The notes under the pieces were generated by a model. It was given only the letters and a program-made list of their open reading frames with translations. It was not told the origin of the DNA and did no database searches. From positions 127,596,001-127,660,000 of the forward strand of contig OZ024743.1 of NCBI GenBank assembly GCA_964016885.1: a stretch of DNA of 64,000 nucleotides, written 5' to 3'. The position numbers were made by a program, and so were the translations under genes. This document shows, one piece after another, positions 40,270-54,199 of this stretch (positions within the stretch are counted from its first letter, which is position 1; every line of letters begins with the position of its first letter). This stretch comes from Eledone cirrhosa (Eukaryota).

Positions 40270-41550
40270 GCGGGGATTGGCAGTATCGGTAGAGGGTCGG
40301 ACGCCATGCTTTGACGCATAGAGTTACGGTTTTTGCCATTCTGAGTTCAAATCCCGCCGAGGTTAACTTTGCCTTTCATCCTTACGGGGTCGATAAAATA
40401 AAGTACCAGTAATGCACTGGATAATTGCTGGCCTTGTGCCAAAAGTAGAAACAATTATTACGTGGATTGGCAGTATAGGTAGAGAGTCGGACGCCATGCT
40501 TTCCAGCATAGTTACGTCCCTTTACGATCTGAGTTCAAATCCCGTCGAGGTTAACTTTGCCTTTCATCCTTACGGGGTCGATAAAATAAAGTAATTTCTG
40601 GCCTTGTGCCAAATGTAGAAACAATTATTGCTTTAAATAGAAAGGGCGGTGGATTAGCAGTAACATACTGGGTCGATTTAATCGACTTTCCACCCCCTTT
40701 CAAATTGCTGGCCTTGTGTCTAAAGTAGAAACAATTATTATTTCAAATAGAGAGCGACGGGTTTGCAGCATAGGTAGAGCGTCGGGCAACATGATTTCTG
40801 GCATAGAGTTACGGCTCTTTACGTTCTAAGTTCAAATCCCGTCGAGGATAACTTTGCCTTTCATCCTTACGGCGTCGATGGAATGAAGTACCAGTAATGC
40901 AGTGGGTCGATTTAATTGACTTCATTCTTCCCTTCAAATTGCTAGCCTTGTGCAAAATGTAGAAACAATTATTACTTCAAATCGAATTGGCAGAATTAGT
41001 AGAGCGTCGGACAACATGCTTTGTAGCATATAGTTATGGTTCTTTACCTCCTGAGTTCAAATCCCACCGAGATTAGCTTTGCTTTTCATCCTTAAGTACC
41101 AGTAATGCACTGAGGTCAATTTAATCAACTTTCCTCAAATAGAAACACTGGATTGGTAGGATTGTTAGACAGAATTGTCTGACAAAATGCCTTTGCGGCA
41201 TTTTCTTGGCCTCTTTATATTGAGTTCAAATCCCGCCACTGTCAATTTCACCTTTCATCCTTCCAAGATCATTAAAATAAAGTACCAGTTAAGTACTGGT
41301 GTCGATATAATCGACTTTCACTTTCTTCCAAATTACTGGCCTTGTGCCAAAATTAGAAGGTGGATTAGCAGTATCGGTAGAGGGTCGGACGCCATACTTT
41401 GACGCATAGAGTTACGGCCCTTTCCATTCTGAGTTCAAATCCCGCCAAGGTTAACTTTGCCTTTCATCCTTACGGGGTCGATAAAATAAAGTACCAGTAA
41501 TGCACTGGGTAATTGTTGGTCTTGTGCCAAAAGTAGAAACAATTATTACT
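40270..41550 (+). mobile_element. Head-to-tail cluster of ~7 SINE copies/fragments of different ages
   Basis: B-box AGTTCAAATCCC near 40343, 40510, 40829, 41053, 41222, 41430, each with SINE body; an older minus-strand fragment at ~40060-40150. Confidence 0.9.
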
Positions 41551-41595
41551 TCCAGTAGAAGAAGCAAGACTTGATATAAAATATTAACTACTTAC

Positions 41596-41630
41596 ATCCC
41601 CATCGTGTGTCACAATTTCCTTCTGAACAC
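41596..41630 (-). CDS. Host gene 35-nt microexon: CSEGNCDTRWG
   Basis: Acceptor TTTTCTTTTTGCAG|, donor GAT|GTAAGT; phases fit both neighbours. Confidence 0.72.
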
Positions 41631-41668
41631 CTGCAAAAAGAAAATAATATTTTTGGGAAAGTCCTTGC

Positions 41669-41669
<1 letters not shown>

Positions 41670-41726
<57 letters not shown>

Positions 41727-44560
41727 GTTTAATATCTATCTTCCACGCTAGCATGGGTTAGACGGGAATTGTCCTACTTGATGCAGGATTGGTCGGGTGA
41801 CCGTGTCTCGCTCGTATAGGACTATCTGGCAGGTTTTCTACAGCTGGATGCCCTTCCTAACACCAACCACATTTACAGTGTGGACTGGGAGCTTTTTACC
41901 GTGTTACCTACACGGCCACATTACAGCGTGGACTGTGTGTTTTTTGGCGTGACACCTACACGACCTCATTAGTTTGGACTGGGAGTTGTGGTACCAACAT
42001 AACTTTACAGAGAAAGGGTGGTGTTGGCGGGAGTGGGAGGTTGGTGTAGGGGTAGTGGGTTGGGGTGTAGGTTTCGCTTTGTACATAGGCAAGGTAGGTC
42101 TTCTGTATTACTGCGTGGCGCCAAAGATCTCGCTCCAGTGACATTGAGAAGTGCAAGTGTTTAAGGTCGAAATTTATCAAATCGTCCCAGGTTTTTCTGG
42201 GTCTACCTACTCCGTAACTTCCCTCAATTTTGATCGTCCTGCACTCTTTTATACAGCTGTCGTCTTTCATGCGCACCACGTGACCATACCAATGCAGTCT
42301 TCTCTCAAGTAAACAGCTTCTGATCCCTCTTATTCCTAATTTCTCACTTAATTCATTAATGTTTTGCCGCTCGCGTATATTACTATTACACATCCAACGG
42401 AGCATGCATGCTTCGTTCCTTTCCAGTCTGCACAGGTCCTCTGCATGCAATGCCCATGTCTCACTGCCATGTAACATTGCGGTTCGTATACAGGCATCAT
42501 ACAATCTGCCTTTCATTTTTAGAGAGAAATCTTTTGTGGCCAACAGCGGTATAAGCTCTGAACTTTATTCACCCCGTTCTGACCCTGGCTACTGTACTTT
42601 TAGAGCAGCCTCTACCACTGCTGATTTTGTCACCCAGGTAACGGAAAGTGTCCACTATTTCTATAGAACCATCTGGGCAATAGAAGGAGCTAGTGTCCTG
42701 TGGGCACTTGCTACTTATTGCACCTGAGCATCAGCCACATATAAAATCTACGTTCTTAGATAGCTTACCTGTGATCCCACTACATCCTTTATGTACCAAT
42801 AGTTTGCATTTGGGACATAAAATGGAATTTCTACCTACTCCTTTCCTACACACTGAACATGGCCATTTCCCAGAAGCCACCTGTGCCCTATTTTCCTTTC
42901 TAAATACTAGAACTTTAGTCTTGGACAAGTTAACTTTAAGGCCTTTTGATTCTAGGCCATGCTTCCATGTTTGGAATTTATTCTCTAGTTCAGCCATCGA
43001 TTCAGCTATGAGAGTTAGATCATTAGCGTATAGGAGTACGGACACACTTCTTCCCGACAATATCACGGTTTTCCTTGACACATTGTCTTGCAATCCTGAA
43101 CACCTCACATATTTGGTCCTCGCGTTGTAGAACATGCTTGAACTTTCTATCTTCTCCTTCCCTTCTTGCAAAGTACATTTGTCTCCAACTTCTCTCCTGA
43201 CCACTTGATAGTGTTCTCTACTTCCCCCATCCCTCCATACTTTCCAAGCCTGCTTTTTGGCCTTGATTGTCTCTTCCACCTTACTGTTCCACCACCACGT
43301 TACTCTCCTCCTGCCTATAGGCCTGCTCCAGCCACAGATTTCATCTGTCGCCTTCAGCTGGTTAACTTTCAAAAATCCCACTGTTCCTCTATATTGTGCG
43401 TCTCTAATTGCTCTTCCTTACTGTCAAAAGCATCAAGTAATATGCTTTTAAATTTGTTACTGGCTGTGGGGTCCTTCAACTTCCATATTCTTCTCCTCAG
43501 GGTAGTCCTCCTCTGTCGTCGAGTACGTCTAGTCCTGACTATGAGGTCACTAACTAAGAGGCTATGTTGGGAGGTGCATTCTTCACGGGGGAGGGATTTA
43601 GTGTTTACAACAGACACTTTGTCCCGTCTTCTAGTAAGGATATAATCAATCTGGCTGGCGTGGTCCCCTGATCTATAGGTGATCAAGTGATTGTCTCGTT
43701 TTTTGAAGTTTGTGTTACAGACAGTTAGGTTATTAGCGTCACAGAATTCCAGGATTCTGAAGCCTTCCTCATTTCTAGTACCAAACCCATAGCTTCCATG
43801 AGTTCCGTCATAGCCATCACAATGTTGTCCAACATGACCATTTAGGTCGCCAGCAATAATTATGCAGTCACTGTCGGTTATTTGGGAGGTAGTGAGCATT
43901 AGCAACTCATAGAACCTGTCGTTTATAACATCAAGTAGGCTAGATTGGGGTGCATAAGCGGATATTATTGTCACAGTAGTTCTATTTAGAACTAGTCTTA
44001 TTTTAATTATTCGGTCGTTCCCTCTATTTACGGCAATTACCTTATCTACCCATTTTCATGCTAACATAATTCCTACCCCACCCAGCCCATTATCATTTCC
44101 CACCCAGAAAAGTTTATAGAATCGTTTTTTACCCACAATGAATCTAACAGACCCACCCCTCCACCTAGTCTCTTGAACACAACAAACACCAACTTCCTTA
44201 CGTTCAAGCATCTCTACAACCTCGTTTGAGCAACCTTTTAAAGTGCCTACATTCATGGTACCAACTCTGAAGTTTTGGATTTCGTTGGGTGGATGGAAGA
44301 GATGGGTAGGAGGCGCAGGGAGGGGTGAGGGAGATGGGATTATGTTGGCCATCCATGTCTGAAATAAAGAGGACTCCTTGCATTCTCGTCCAGCAGTGGG
44401 AGGTGAATTTATCTTTATCTTTGACATTGTCATTGAGTGTTCAGATTGTTCAGACTCTCCAGCTCTGTAGTCCATTTAGCATATCGAAAAGCAACCAGGT
44501 CTAAACTTAAGGAGTAATAGCCGAGGCGGTGGCTTTGTGATAGAGATTTGTAAGAGAAAC
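41670..44560 (-). mobile_element. RTE LINE with APE endonuclease, RT core deleted
   Basis: VGTMNVGTL, VCCVQETRW, ISAYAPQ, AGDLNGHVG, SQIDYIL; jumps directly to LLYAND; 3' UTR and (CAT)n. Confidence 0.92.
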
Positions 44561-45619
44561 ATACTATAAACCGCTGAATTATGATTGGACCAAATAGCAA
44601 TGGTGGTGTGTGAGGGTGGGGGAGGGGGAGTTAGATAAATGGGAAAGTTTACGAGAAGATTATTTTCAGAAAGGTCCGACAGATTTATCCATATTATTGA
44701 AAAGATTAGATTTTAAGTTAAACGAGCATATAACAGATAATAACAGTTTAAATATTGATAGGTAAATGGAGTATGAATATGGAGAGACGACAAGAAAATG
44801 AACCGCATACATTACATTTCTCAAATCAACAATTCGGTAGTAAGGTTCGATGCAAGTGAGAAATAAAGCAATAAAAACGGGAGTAAAATAAGACAAAACA
44901 ACAGTTGGCACTTGTACCTTATATTTCGCGATATTTCGAGGTCAAAAACCCTTCAATCAAAAGTAACATCACACCCATTTACTTATATTTTTCAAAAAGG
45001 GATTTTAACCCCGAAATATAAAAAAATTAGCTAAAAACGCAAACTATTGTTTTGGTTTACTTCATTCCCATTTTCCCACCTTTATTGTAATAATTTTATT
45101 TTATTCACAGTTGTATAAATAACATCACAAATATGTTTTAAATATATATATAAATAACATTACAAATAACATTACAAATACGTTAATAACATTATAAATT
45201 ACTCGCAATTTGTTCAGAAGAACATTACAAATATAATGTTGATAAACACAAATATAAACGCATAAAAGAGAGGAAAAAAGGTGTGTGGGTGGGGTGTGTG
45301 TGCAAAAACAAAAGCGACCATCAATTCATCTTTATTTCTAACTTGAATTCCTAAAACAATCCTAACTGCACCTTCTTTTATTCTTTTATTAATTTCAGTT
45401 ATTAAATCGCGGCAATGCGACACCAACTTGATTTAGTCAATCATATCAAACCCAATATTTATTTTTACCTATTTTTTTAAATCTTTATTTTGTCAAACTG
45501 CTAAGTTTCGGGTCATAAACACGCGCATGCTCACACACACATGCACACATACACACACTAACATACATACATGCACACACTAACATACATACGTACACAC
45601 ACTAACATACATACAAACA

Positions 45620-45960
45620 TGATGGTTGCAACTCGATTTCGAGTAATGCCATCGTGTGATACTTAAGTATGAGCATCACGGATGTGGCTTTTTTAGTCCA
45701 GCTAGGGACTTGCCTACGGCCAGCAATACCATGCAGGCAAAAAAGGTCACATATCAAGTAATGCCTGCACTTGAAGCTTTTTTAAGTGAGGAAAGGTTTT
45801 GCACGGGGCCAATCCCACTCTCTGAATATCGAATGTCTTTGTCTAAAAAGAAGAACTGGTCTACATCACTGGATGCAAAGGAAGCCGCAGGTTTTATATC
45901 AGAGTGACCTTCTCCTAGAGCGATATCTTAATGAAGACTAAGAGTCTCTCGCTCCACTAT
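45620..45960 (-). mobile_element. Non-coding short retroposon (RTE-UTR-like), partial
   Basis: Homologous to 62815-63150 and, inverted, to 58960-59280. Confidence 0.75.
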
Positions 45961-45984
45961 ATTTACATATATATGTATATATAT

Positions 45985-46368
<384 letters not shown>

Positions 46369-46909
46369 TTAGAAATATACTTCACTGCTTTACGATCGTT
46401 TCTAGGTGATGATAATACATCGTAACTATACTTCGTTATCGATCTATGTAAGTTTAGTTACAAAATATCAGATAAGGAGAATATTTACTTACATGCATAT
46501 CACCAGCTGTTGTCAAAAGCAATAATAATTTTATTCAAAATTAGTAGTAAATTATTATTATGTTTAGTTCTATGACCTTATTTGGAGGCAGCTGAAGAAC
46601 TAACCAATCAGATTGTTTTTTTCCATATGATGTTAAGATGAAAAATAATTCACTTTAGTTGAAGGAATGGTTGAATGGTGTTAATAGAATTGCTATAAAA
46701 AATCTATTAGGAAGAAAAGGATTGTCAAATTGATAGTTGAATGTATATGGTATAGTGAAGTTTAAAAGGAATGTAAAAATTAAATGTTGAGTTGTGTTGT
46801 ATGGAGTTTTTAGGTGAATATAAATTAAGGTCATGACTAGGAAAGATAGTATATTAAAAGATGAAAATTATAATAAGATAATGAAATACAGTAATACAAT
46901 AATATAATA

Positions 46910-47200
46910 TAATTGTTTTTACTTTTGGCACAAGGCCAGCAATTATCCCAGTGTATTACTGGTACTTTATTTTATCGACCCCGTAAGGATGAAAGGCAAA
47001 GTTAACCCCAGCGGGATTTGAACTCAGATCGTAAAGGGACGTAACTACGCTGGAAAGCATGTCTGACCCTCTACCAATACTGCCAATTCACCATAATATA
47101 ATTGTTTTTACTTTTGGCACAAGGCCAGCAATTATCCCAGTGCATTACTGGTACTTTATTTTATCGACCCCGTAAGGATGAAAGGCAAAGTCAACCTCGT
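46910..47200 (-). mobile_element. Two SINE copies (one full, one 3' half)
   Basis: Reverse complement of the SINE consensus. Confidence 0.9.
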
Positions 47201-47912
47201 AACACAATATAGTACGGTGTAGTAAGTTGTACTTAGTATAATACAGCGTATGATACGCCTTAAAATACTTTCAAATATGTCTATGTATAAATAATCAAAC
47301 TCAGATAAATACATGTTGACATAGTCAAACGCATAAATTTCATAGATCACAAAGTGTATATACCCACATTATAGATAGAGGTATAGTTATATTGATACTC
47401 AATTAAAAATATACATACGCATAAATAGATGCAAACATATACATACATCTACACATGTGCACACAAACGATTATGAACAGTACAATGTATATGGCTTTAG
47501 GTATTGATAATTGTATTCTAGAGTTATCGTTTTTTAAGTAATCGGGGAGAATTGGCACTGTCGGACTTGACGCATAGTTACGGCCCTTGCCACACACCTA
47601 TACACATATATATATATATGTATGTACACACACATATATAAACACTCATACACATATACTCACATATACACATATACACACACATATGTATATATATATA
47701 TATATTCACATATTATATATACATAGATACATATTTACTCATGCAATTACGGGTGGTTGTGTACCTTGTTGCCCTTAGTCATTAACGCATAAATCTAAGG
47801 AAGCTAAAACATTAAAAGGTAAGAAATAAGCATGAATGCGTATAATTAGGGGAAAGGGATACTAACAAATGTTACTCTACATTGAATTATAGTGAGTTGC
47901 TATTTAGAATAT

Positions 47913-48479
47913 TTAATTAGGTTTATAGTATTTAAATGTTTTTCGTATACGGTGATTACAAACTATAATCAGTTCCTGTCTTTTATTCAATAAATCGTCC
48001 TTAGATTTAGTAATTTCCAAGATCACCCCTGAACATAACCTGCATTCTCTCCTGTTCCCAAGATATGGAGTTCTTTGTAGAATGGTGTTCCACGATAGCT
48101 TGAAATCTATTTTTTTCTTTTTATAGTTATTTACTGCTTCAGCTAAAGATGTGGTGTTAGCTAGTTTAGTATTGTTGAAACTACTAGAGTGTGCGTAAAA
48201 TGTTTTCTTAAATGTGTTTGATGTAGATCCTATATATGTTTTGTTGGAGTCAGTAGTAGACACAGTGCATTTATATATTACATTATTAATCAAACAGTTG
48301 CCATTTAAGGGGCAAATGCTTCTATTTCTGCAATTACAACCATACGTAAGATGGTTGTTGGGGGTACCTATACCATTCTCATTAATCCTTGAGCTATTCC
48401 TATTGTAATTAATGTTAGCGGGAGAATGAAGCTTGTTTTGTAGGTGGTTTAATGCTCGCGATGTACAGCTATATGACAC
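47913..48479 (-). mobile_element. Naiad-type Penelope GIY-YIG endonuclease fragment
   Basis: CNCR...CPLNGNCL..NVIYKC...YIGST...CRLC...LLNKRQEL...CNH. Confidence 0.88.
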
Positions 48480-48599
48480 TTACCTAGTATTTCTTCTAGC
48501 CTGTAGAAATTGACTAGACAAATAGTTAACTACACGTAATTAGGTACAAAATCGAAGTTAGAAGAAAAAAATGCACATAAATTTTACCAAAATTCTCAG

Positions 48600-48683
48600 T
48601 CTCTACCAACCGGCGGTTTCGTTCCACGTTTTGGATATATCCGGTCTTGGATAGATCCACGAGGCTCGGAACTCATCAGGAGA
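48600..48683 (-). ncRNA. Type I hammerhead ribozyme, intact core
   Basis: TCTC-CTGATGA-GTTCC...GGAAC-GAAA-CCG ccggt TG-GTA-GAGA; extra hairpin inside the stem II loop. Confidence 0.8.
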
Positions 48684-49801
48684 TACCTCAGACTGGATTA
48701 AGATTCTTCTACCATGATCCCCGCCAGAAATGAATTCAAAATGGCTAAGAACCATCACGTGACCAATGGTCAAGGCAGAAAGTTTGTGATTGATGCCTGT
48801 CGGCGAAAAGGCTGGTTGTTAGAAAGCGCAGCCGAATACTGCCTAAAGTTTTACTCAACTTTACGGGAATATATATTAAATTCAAAGGGTATATATATAT
48901 AAATTAGACAAAGTCACAAATACATATATGCGTTTGGCAACCATTCACGGTGTGAACGTATATATGAATTTATATATATGGACTGTAGATATATCAACAA
49001 CACATCTTTGACAAATGTTCCCAAACTATTCTTCTTTTCTCTTTTTCCTGTCATCCCAATCTTATCAAAACCCAGACAAGCACCTAAATTCATCTTTGAT
49101 ATAGAAATTTGCAGAAGATATTCTTTATAAATTTAAGAGAGTTGATTCAGCTATGCCATTATATACTCATCAAAGGTTAGCTAATGAAATAAAACCAACA
49201 GGAGAGGATGTTTACAACCACATTCTCAAACACTCTTATCTTGCAACCTCACCATTCTCTGAGTGTATATATGTGAGTGTGTATGTGTGTGTGTGTGTGT
49301 GTGTATGCTTTAATTCCTCCAAATTTTCATCATCATCAACACTCATTAACACCACACCCACACCCCAGACACATCCAAATCTCTCTAATATATAGTCACA
49401 CATCTCAACACAACTTGATCTCAGTTTGACAACCGCCACTGATGAATGCGAGAAATTTCTCCAACCAAAGTTAACCAAGAATCTTTAAAATTCTTCCCAC
49501 CGAAGTTTACAAAGAACTTACTAGATCTATCAACTCATAATATCATAATATTATAAAATTAAATCAAATTTTTTAACACTACAAGTGAAGTCATTCTTTT
49601 CCTTTGTTTCAAATATATATATATCAGTATATATATTTTAGTAAGTATTTTTGCACCAGCGAGCGAGTTTGAAAATAGAAATAGAAGCTTTCGCCGTATT
49701 TTTGACTGAAGATGAGTATTGACGTACATGTACGTCAATACTTATCTTTTTCCATTTCTTAGAGGATTCTAAACCCCACTATCAGGATAAAATTTCTTTA
49801 G

Positions 49802-49887
<86 letters not shown>

Positions 49888-51384
49888 ACAAGGTGTTGTC
49901 TCAAATATTGAGTTGAAGCGCGAATGCATTAGAAATTTATAGAATAATTTGAAACTCAACGCAAAGGAAAACTGCCGAAACAGTAAAATATCATCAATGA
50001 CGACGTTGGATAAAGACTTACCTCAAGGACAGAATAAGCGACTGGTAGTGTGTTGGTCCAGAGAAGAGGTAGAGAGGAACAGAGGGAGAAGATGGAAGAA
50101 TGGGAATGAATGAGATAAAAGAAACACACAACATCTTATTGCGTCATCAGCCCCAGCAGCGGCATGTAGTACACGCGAAATTTAAGCTTACGGTACCACA
50201 TATAATTGCCTGCTTGCGCAACAGAAACAAAATATTTCTGCTCTCATGATGTGTATCTGCCAAAACTAACTAATAGATGGGTAGATGGATAGATCAGAGT
50301 GAGAGTGAACTGGGACACGTATTTTTGATACCAAACCAAAACTAGAAAGGACAATTGGAAGTGGTAGCAGGCGGAAATCACACACACGCGCGCGCGCACG
50401 CGCGCACGCGCACACACACATACACACAAGAATGACTTCACTTATAGTTCTAAACAATTTAATTTTATATTGCAATTTTACAATTTTGCTATGTAGATTT
50501 GGTAAGTCCTTAGTTAACTTCAGTGGAAAGTTTTTTAAGATTCCTGGTTAACTTTCTGGAGGATTTTCTCGCCTTCGTCGGTGGCGATTGTCAAACTGAT
50601 CTAAAGTTGTGTTGCGGTGTGTGACTCTATTTATAAGAGATTTGAGTGTGTCTAGGGGGTGGGGTGTCAATGAGGATGGCAGTGAAGGAGTGTTGATGAA
50701 GATTTAAAGGAATTAAAGACTATATATACAAACAGATGAAAGAAAATAGTAAATAGTAAAAGCAAGATGATTGCTTGAGAGTGGAGTTGGGAGGTGTTGG
50801 GGGTGAGGGAGCCGGGTGTTATGGTCAGATTTGTTACATGCAGGTAAAGTTAATGGGTGTTTAATGAGTGTTTTAGAAAGGGGTTGTAAAATTGCCCTCT
50901 TGCTGATTCCATTTCAAAAAATGACCTTTGGTGAATGAAATACTAGCGAAAAATAATGGCCAAATGCTTTTCAAATTCTTTACTTATAGCTGAATAAACT
51001 ATCTTAAATTTATAAAGAAGAACTTCAACAGTTGTCTATATTAAGCATGTAAGTAAAAGATGAATTTGGGTGTGTGTCGGGGGAGGGGGGGGGGGGGGTT
51101 AATGGGTTGTAAGATACATGTATTTTGATAAAAATATGACAGCAAAGAGAAAAATAAGGTGATTAAGGAGATTTTGTTGAGAAAGATGTATGTATGTTGT
51201 TGTTGTTGGTTTGGAAGGTGAGCTGAGGGAGCTTCATACTAGCCCACATATTTACTTCCCTACATATAAACATACAGCCCATAACATATTCTAGTTCATA
51301 CATACCGTTATATTTATACACGCAATGCACTCACACATATACTTATATATACATATACATATATACAAATATATATATACATGG

Positions 51385-54155
51385 ACTTTGCCAAAAGAAC
51401 TATCCAAAAACCTATAGAGGAAACATTATTGAACCTAAATGGATATCCAGAGTACGGGGGGCGCAAGACAGGAAATACGGTTCAAATTAGATGACATTCA
51501 GTAGAAAACAGGAATGTAGTGCCATTTAATGCTTTTTTGCTTAAGAAATATCGTGCGCATATTAATGTTGAAGTAAAAAATGTCATAAATATATGTAAAA
51601 AATGTCATAAATATATTTACAAGGGGCATTATTGTGCGTCTATAAAAGTAACCAATAATGATGATCAGAACCAACACAACCATGATGAAATAAGAAACTA
51701 TTTTGGTTGCAAGTATGTGTCTCCGCCAGAAGCAGTGTGGTGTCTCTTTGAATTTAAGCCTTACGGTACATCACATAGAGTGTACAGGCTAGCTATACAC
51801 ATGGAGAACCAACAGAGAATTTACTTTCAAAGAGGCAATGCTCAGGTCATGGTAGGAATGTAAGGACATCGAGACACGACCCTTACTGTCTGGTTCAAGA
51901 TTAAAGAAGAGGACGAAAATGCAAGCAACTACCTATATCCAGAAATTCCGGGTTCAATGAAACCAACAGACAATGGACACCAAGAAGAAGGAAGAATAAT
52001 ATCAATCATTAGTAGAATCTACACAGTCAGCCCCAGAGTTGTTGAAACATTTTATTTAAGAATATTGTTGCTTCATGTGCCAGACGCTAAGAGTTTTGAA
52101 GAACTATGAACAGTGGAGGGAAAAACATTTCTAACCTTCAAAGAGGCATGCTTGCGACTTGGTATTATAAAATAATGATGATTATTGAAGCCAAGCTCTA
52201 CAGGAAGCTGCTGTGTACCACATGCCAACACAGCTTTGTATGATTTCGCTGTTCTGTGTGTTTATTCTGTGCCAGACAATTCACTACAACTATAAAACAC
52301 CCAGAGGGACTATTTGCAATTCACTACAACTATAAAACACCAAGAGGACTATTTGCATCAAAGGATAGATGGCCAGCAAGCTGAAAATACGGCACCTGGT
52401 TACATTAATACAATGTTGATTGAAAATGGTACCAACTGCGCAAGACTAGGTTTGCCTCTCTTCACTGAGATGCTTGAATCTGAGTTCCAAGCTCACAAGA
52501 ACCACCCTGATATTAATTTTCTTACTGAAGAGCAATGGGTTATTGCTGATACTGTAATTGATGCCGTTCAACAGAGGAGTTAAGGTGAAAGGCCTGCAAT
52601 ACCTACTTTTACACAAATGCACCTGGAGGGTATGGTAAAACATATCTGTTCAGTACACTGATTTCTCATTTCCAGAGGAATAACTATCATGTGTTGCAGT
52701 GCTTGAAACGGCATAACGTCTACACTGCTGATGGGAGGTAGAACTTTGTACTACTTATTTAAACTACTTGTTCCACTTACAAAGACCAGTGTGTGTAATG
52801 TGTCTGGCTCATCTGACCATGCCATTGAGAAGTGCCTTCAAGACACCACTGGTGTCAATGAAGTGTTTGGAGGAAAGATTTTGCTTTTGGGAGGTGACTT
52901 CAGGCAACTGCTGCCAATATTACCAAGGAGTACGGTGAGGCCACATTAGAAATATGCCTTAAAAATTCTCATCCGTGGCACTTCTTTCAGCATTTTACAT
53001 CCAGAGTTGGATAAGATCAGAGAGTTTGCATCATCTTGGCAATGGAATAGCACCATGAATTGAAGACCTAAATATTAATGAAGATGATGTTGAAGTAACT
53101 CCATTCTCATGTGCAGATGACTGTTTAGTGAAACAAACTTTTAGCAATACGACGCAACAAGAGAAAAGAACGCGAGTAATTTTATCTGCCAAGAATACTG
53201 ATTGCTTATTAATCAATGAAGATGTTCTCAAACAATTACACACTAGCAGTCATACTTATTACAGTACTGATAGAATGGCAGCTGATGATCCTAAAAGATA
53301 TTCTCCTGAATTTCTGAACTCAATTACACCTTCCAGGATGCTGCCTCACAAGCTCCAATTAAAAACAGGATCATTAATAATGCTACTACGGAATATTTCA
53401 ATCCAGAATGGATTATGCAATGGCATACGATTAGAAATAGTGGGATTGCATCCACATTCCATCATGGTCCTTTGATGGACAGGCATGTTTTGATCCCAAG
53501 ACTGAAGTTAGCCTCCAGTGAGCCCAACATCCTTTTTACTTTGGAAATAGTTCAGTTTCCATTAAGGCTGTCGCATGCTATTACAATTAACAAGAGCCAG
53601 GGTAAAACATTCGATAAAGTGGGTCTGTTCCTTTCTGAGCTAGTATTTAGCCATGCGCAATTGGATGTCGCTTTTTCAAGAGTTCGCAGACAGTCAGATG
53701 TAAAAATTAAAGTATTGAACACTGGTAAGTAAGGGAGGCGAGGCAATAAAAGTGTGATAAAGAACATCGTATGCAAAGAGATATTAAGATAAATCTGAGC
53801 CCAGTTAAAGAGTTGCAAGTTGCAATGGAATTGAAATTAATCACATAAATATAAACATTCTGTATATTCTCTATATCGTTTTGTGTAAATTAATTGTACA
53901 TAATGTAAAGTAATAAAATATTACGTAATAAACAATATGCAATTATATATTGACCTTTCAACTTCAATAGAATTAAATACTAACGAATTATATGTATATT
54001 AAGTATTGTATAGATTGTTATTGTAAGTTTTTTGCATCATTTATTGAACGGGCAATAATTAGATTTATATGCAATAAAAACGCAAATCATCCTTTCTTTC
54101 TTAAATAGCTCTTCTTAAATTTTTTAGTTCATTGGAATTTCCACGGGTCCGCTAG
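51385..54155 (+). mobile_element. Decayed Helitron (Rep C-terminal part + PIF1 helicase) with 3' terminus
   Basis: YRAHINVEV, KYIYKGH, YVSPPEAVW, FGGKILLLGGDFRQLLP, NGLCNG, QFPLRLSHAITINKSQG; hairpin TGGAA-t-TTCCA then CTAG|T at 54152-54156. Confidence 0.92.
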
Positions 54156-54199
54156 TATATATATCATATATACATTATATACATTATATGTATATATTA

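Noticed and set aside
46493-46506. Possible 14-nt microexon CTGGTGATATGCAT (-), CAG| ... |GTAAGT
   Set aside because: Weak polypyrimidine tract; it creates a stop after the 31-nt exon and is in frame only if the alternative GTAAGC donor in that exon is used. Not called, but not excluded.
50144-50150. CTGATGA on the minus strand
   Set aside because: No matching stem II, GAAA or stem I found.
52731-53732. Cellular PIF1 helicase gene
   Set aside because: Intronless, many stops, preceded by Rep motifs and followed by hairpin-CTAG: a Helitron.
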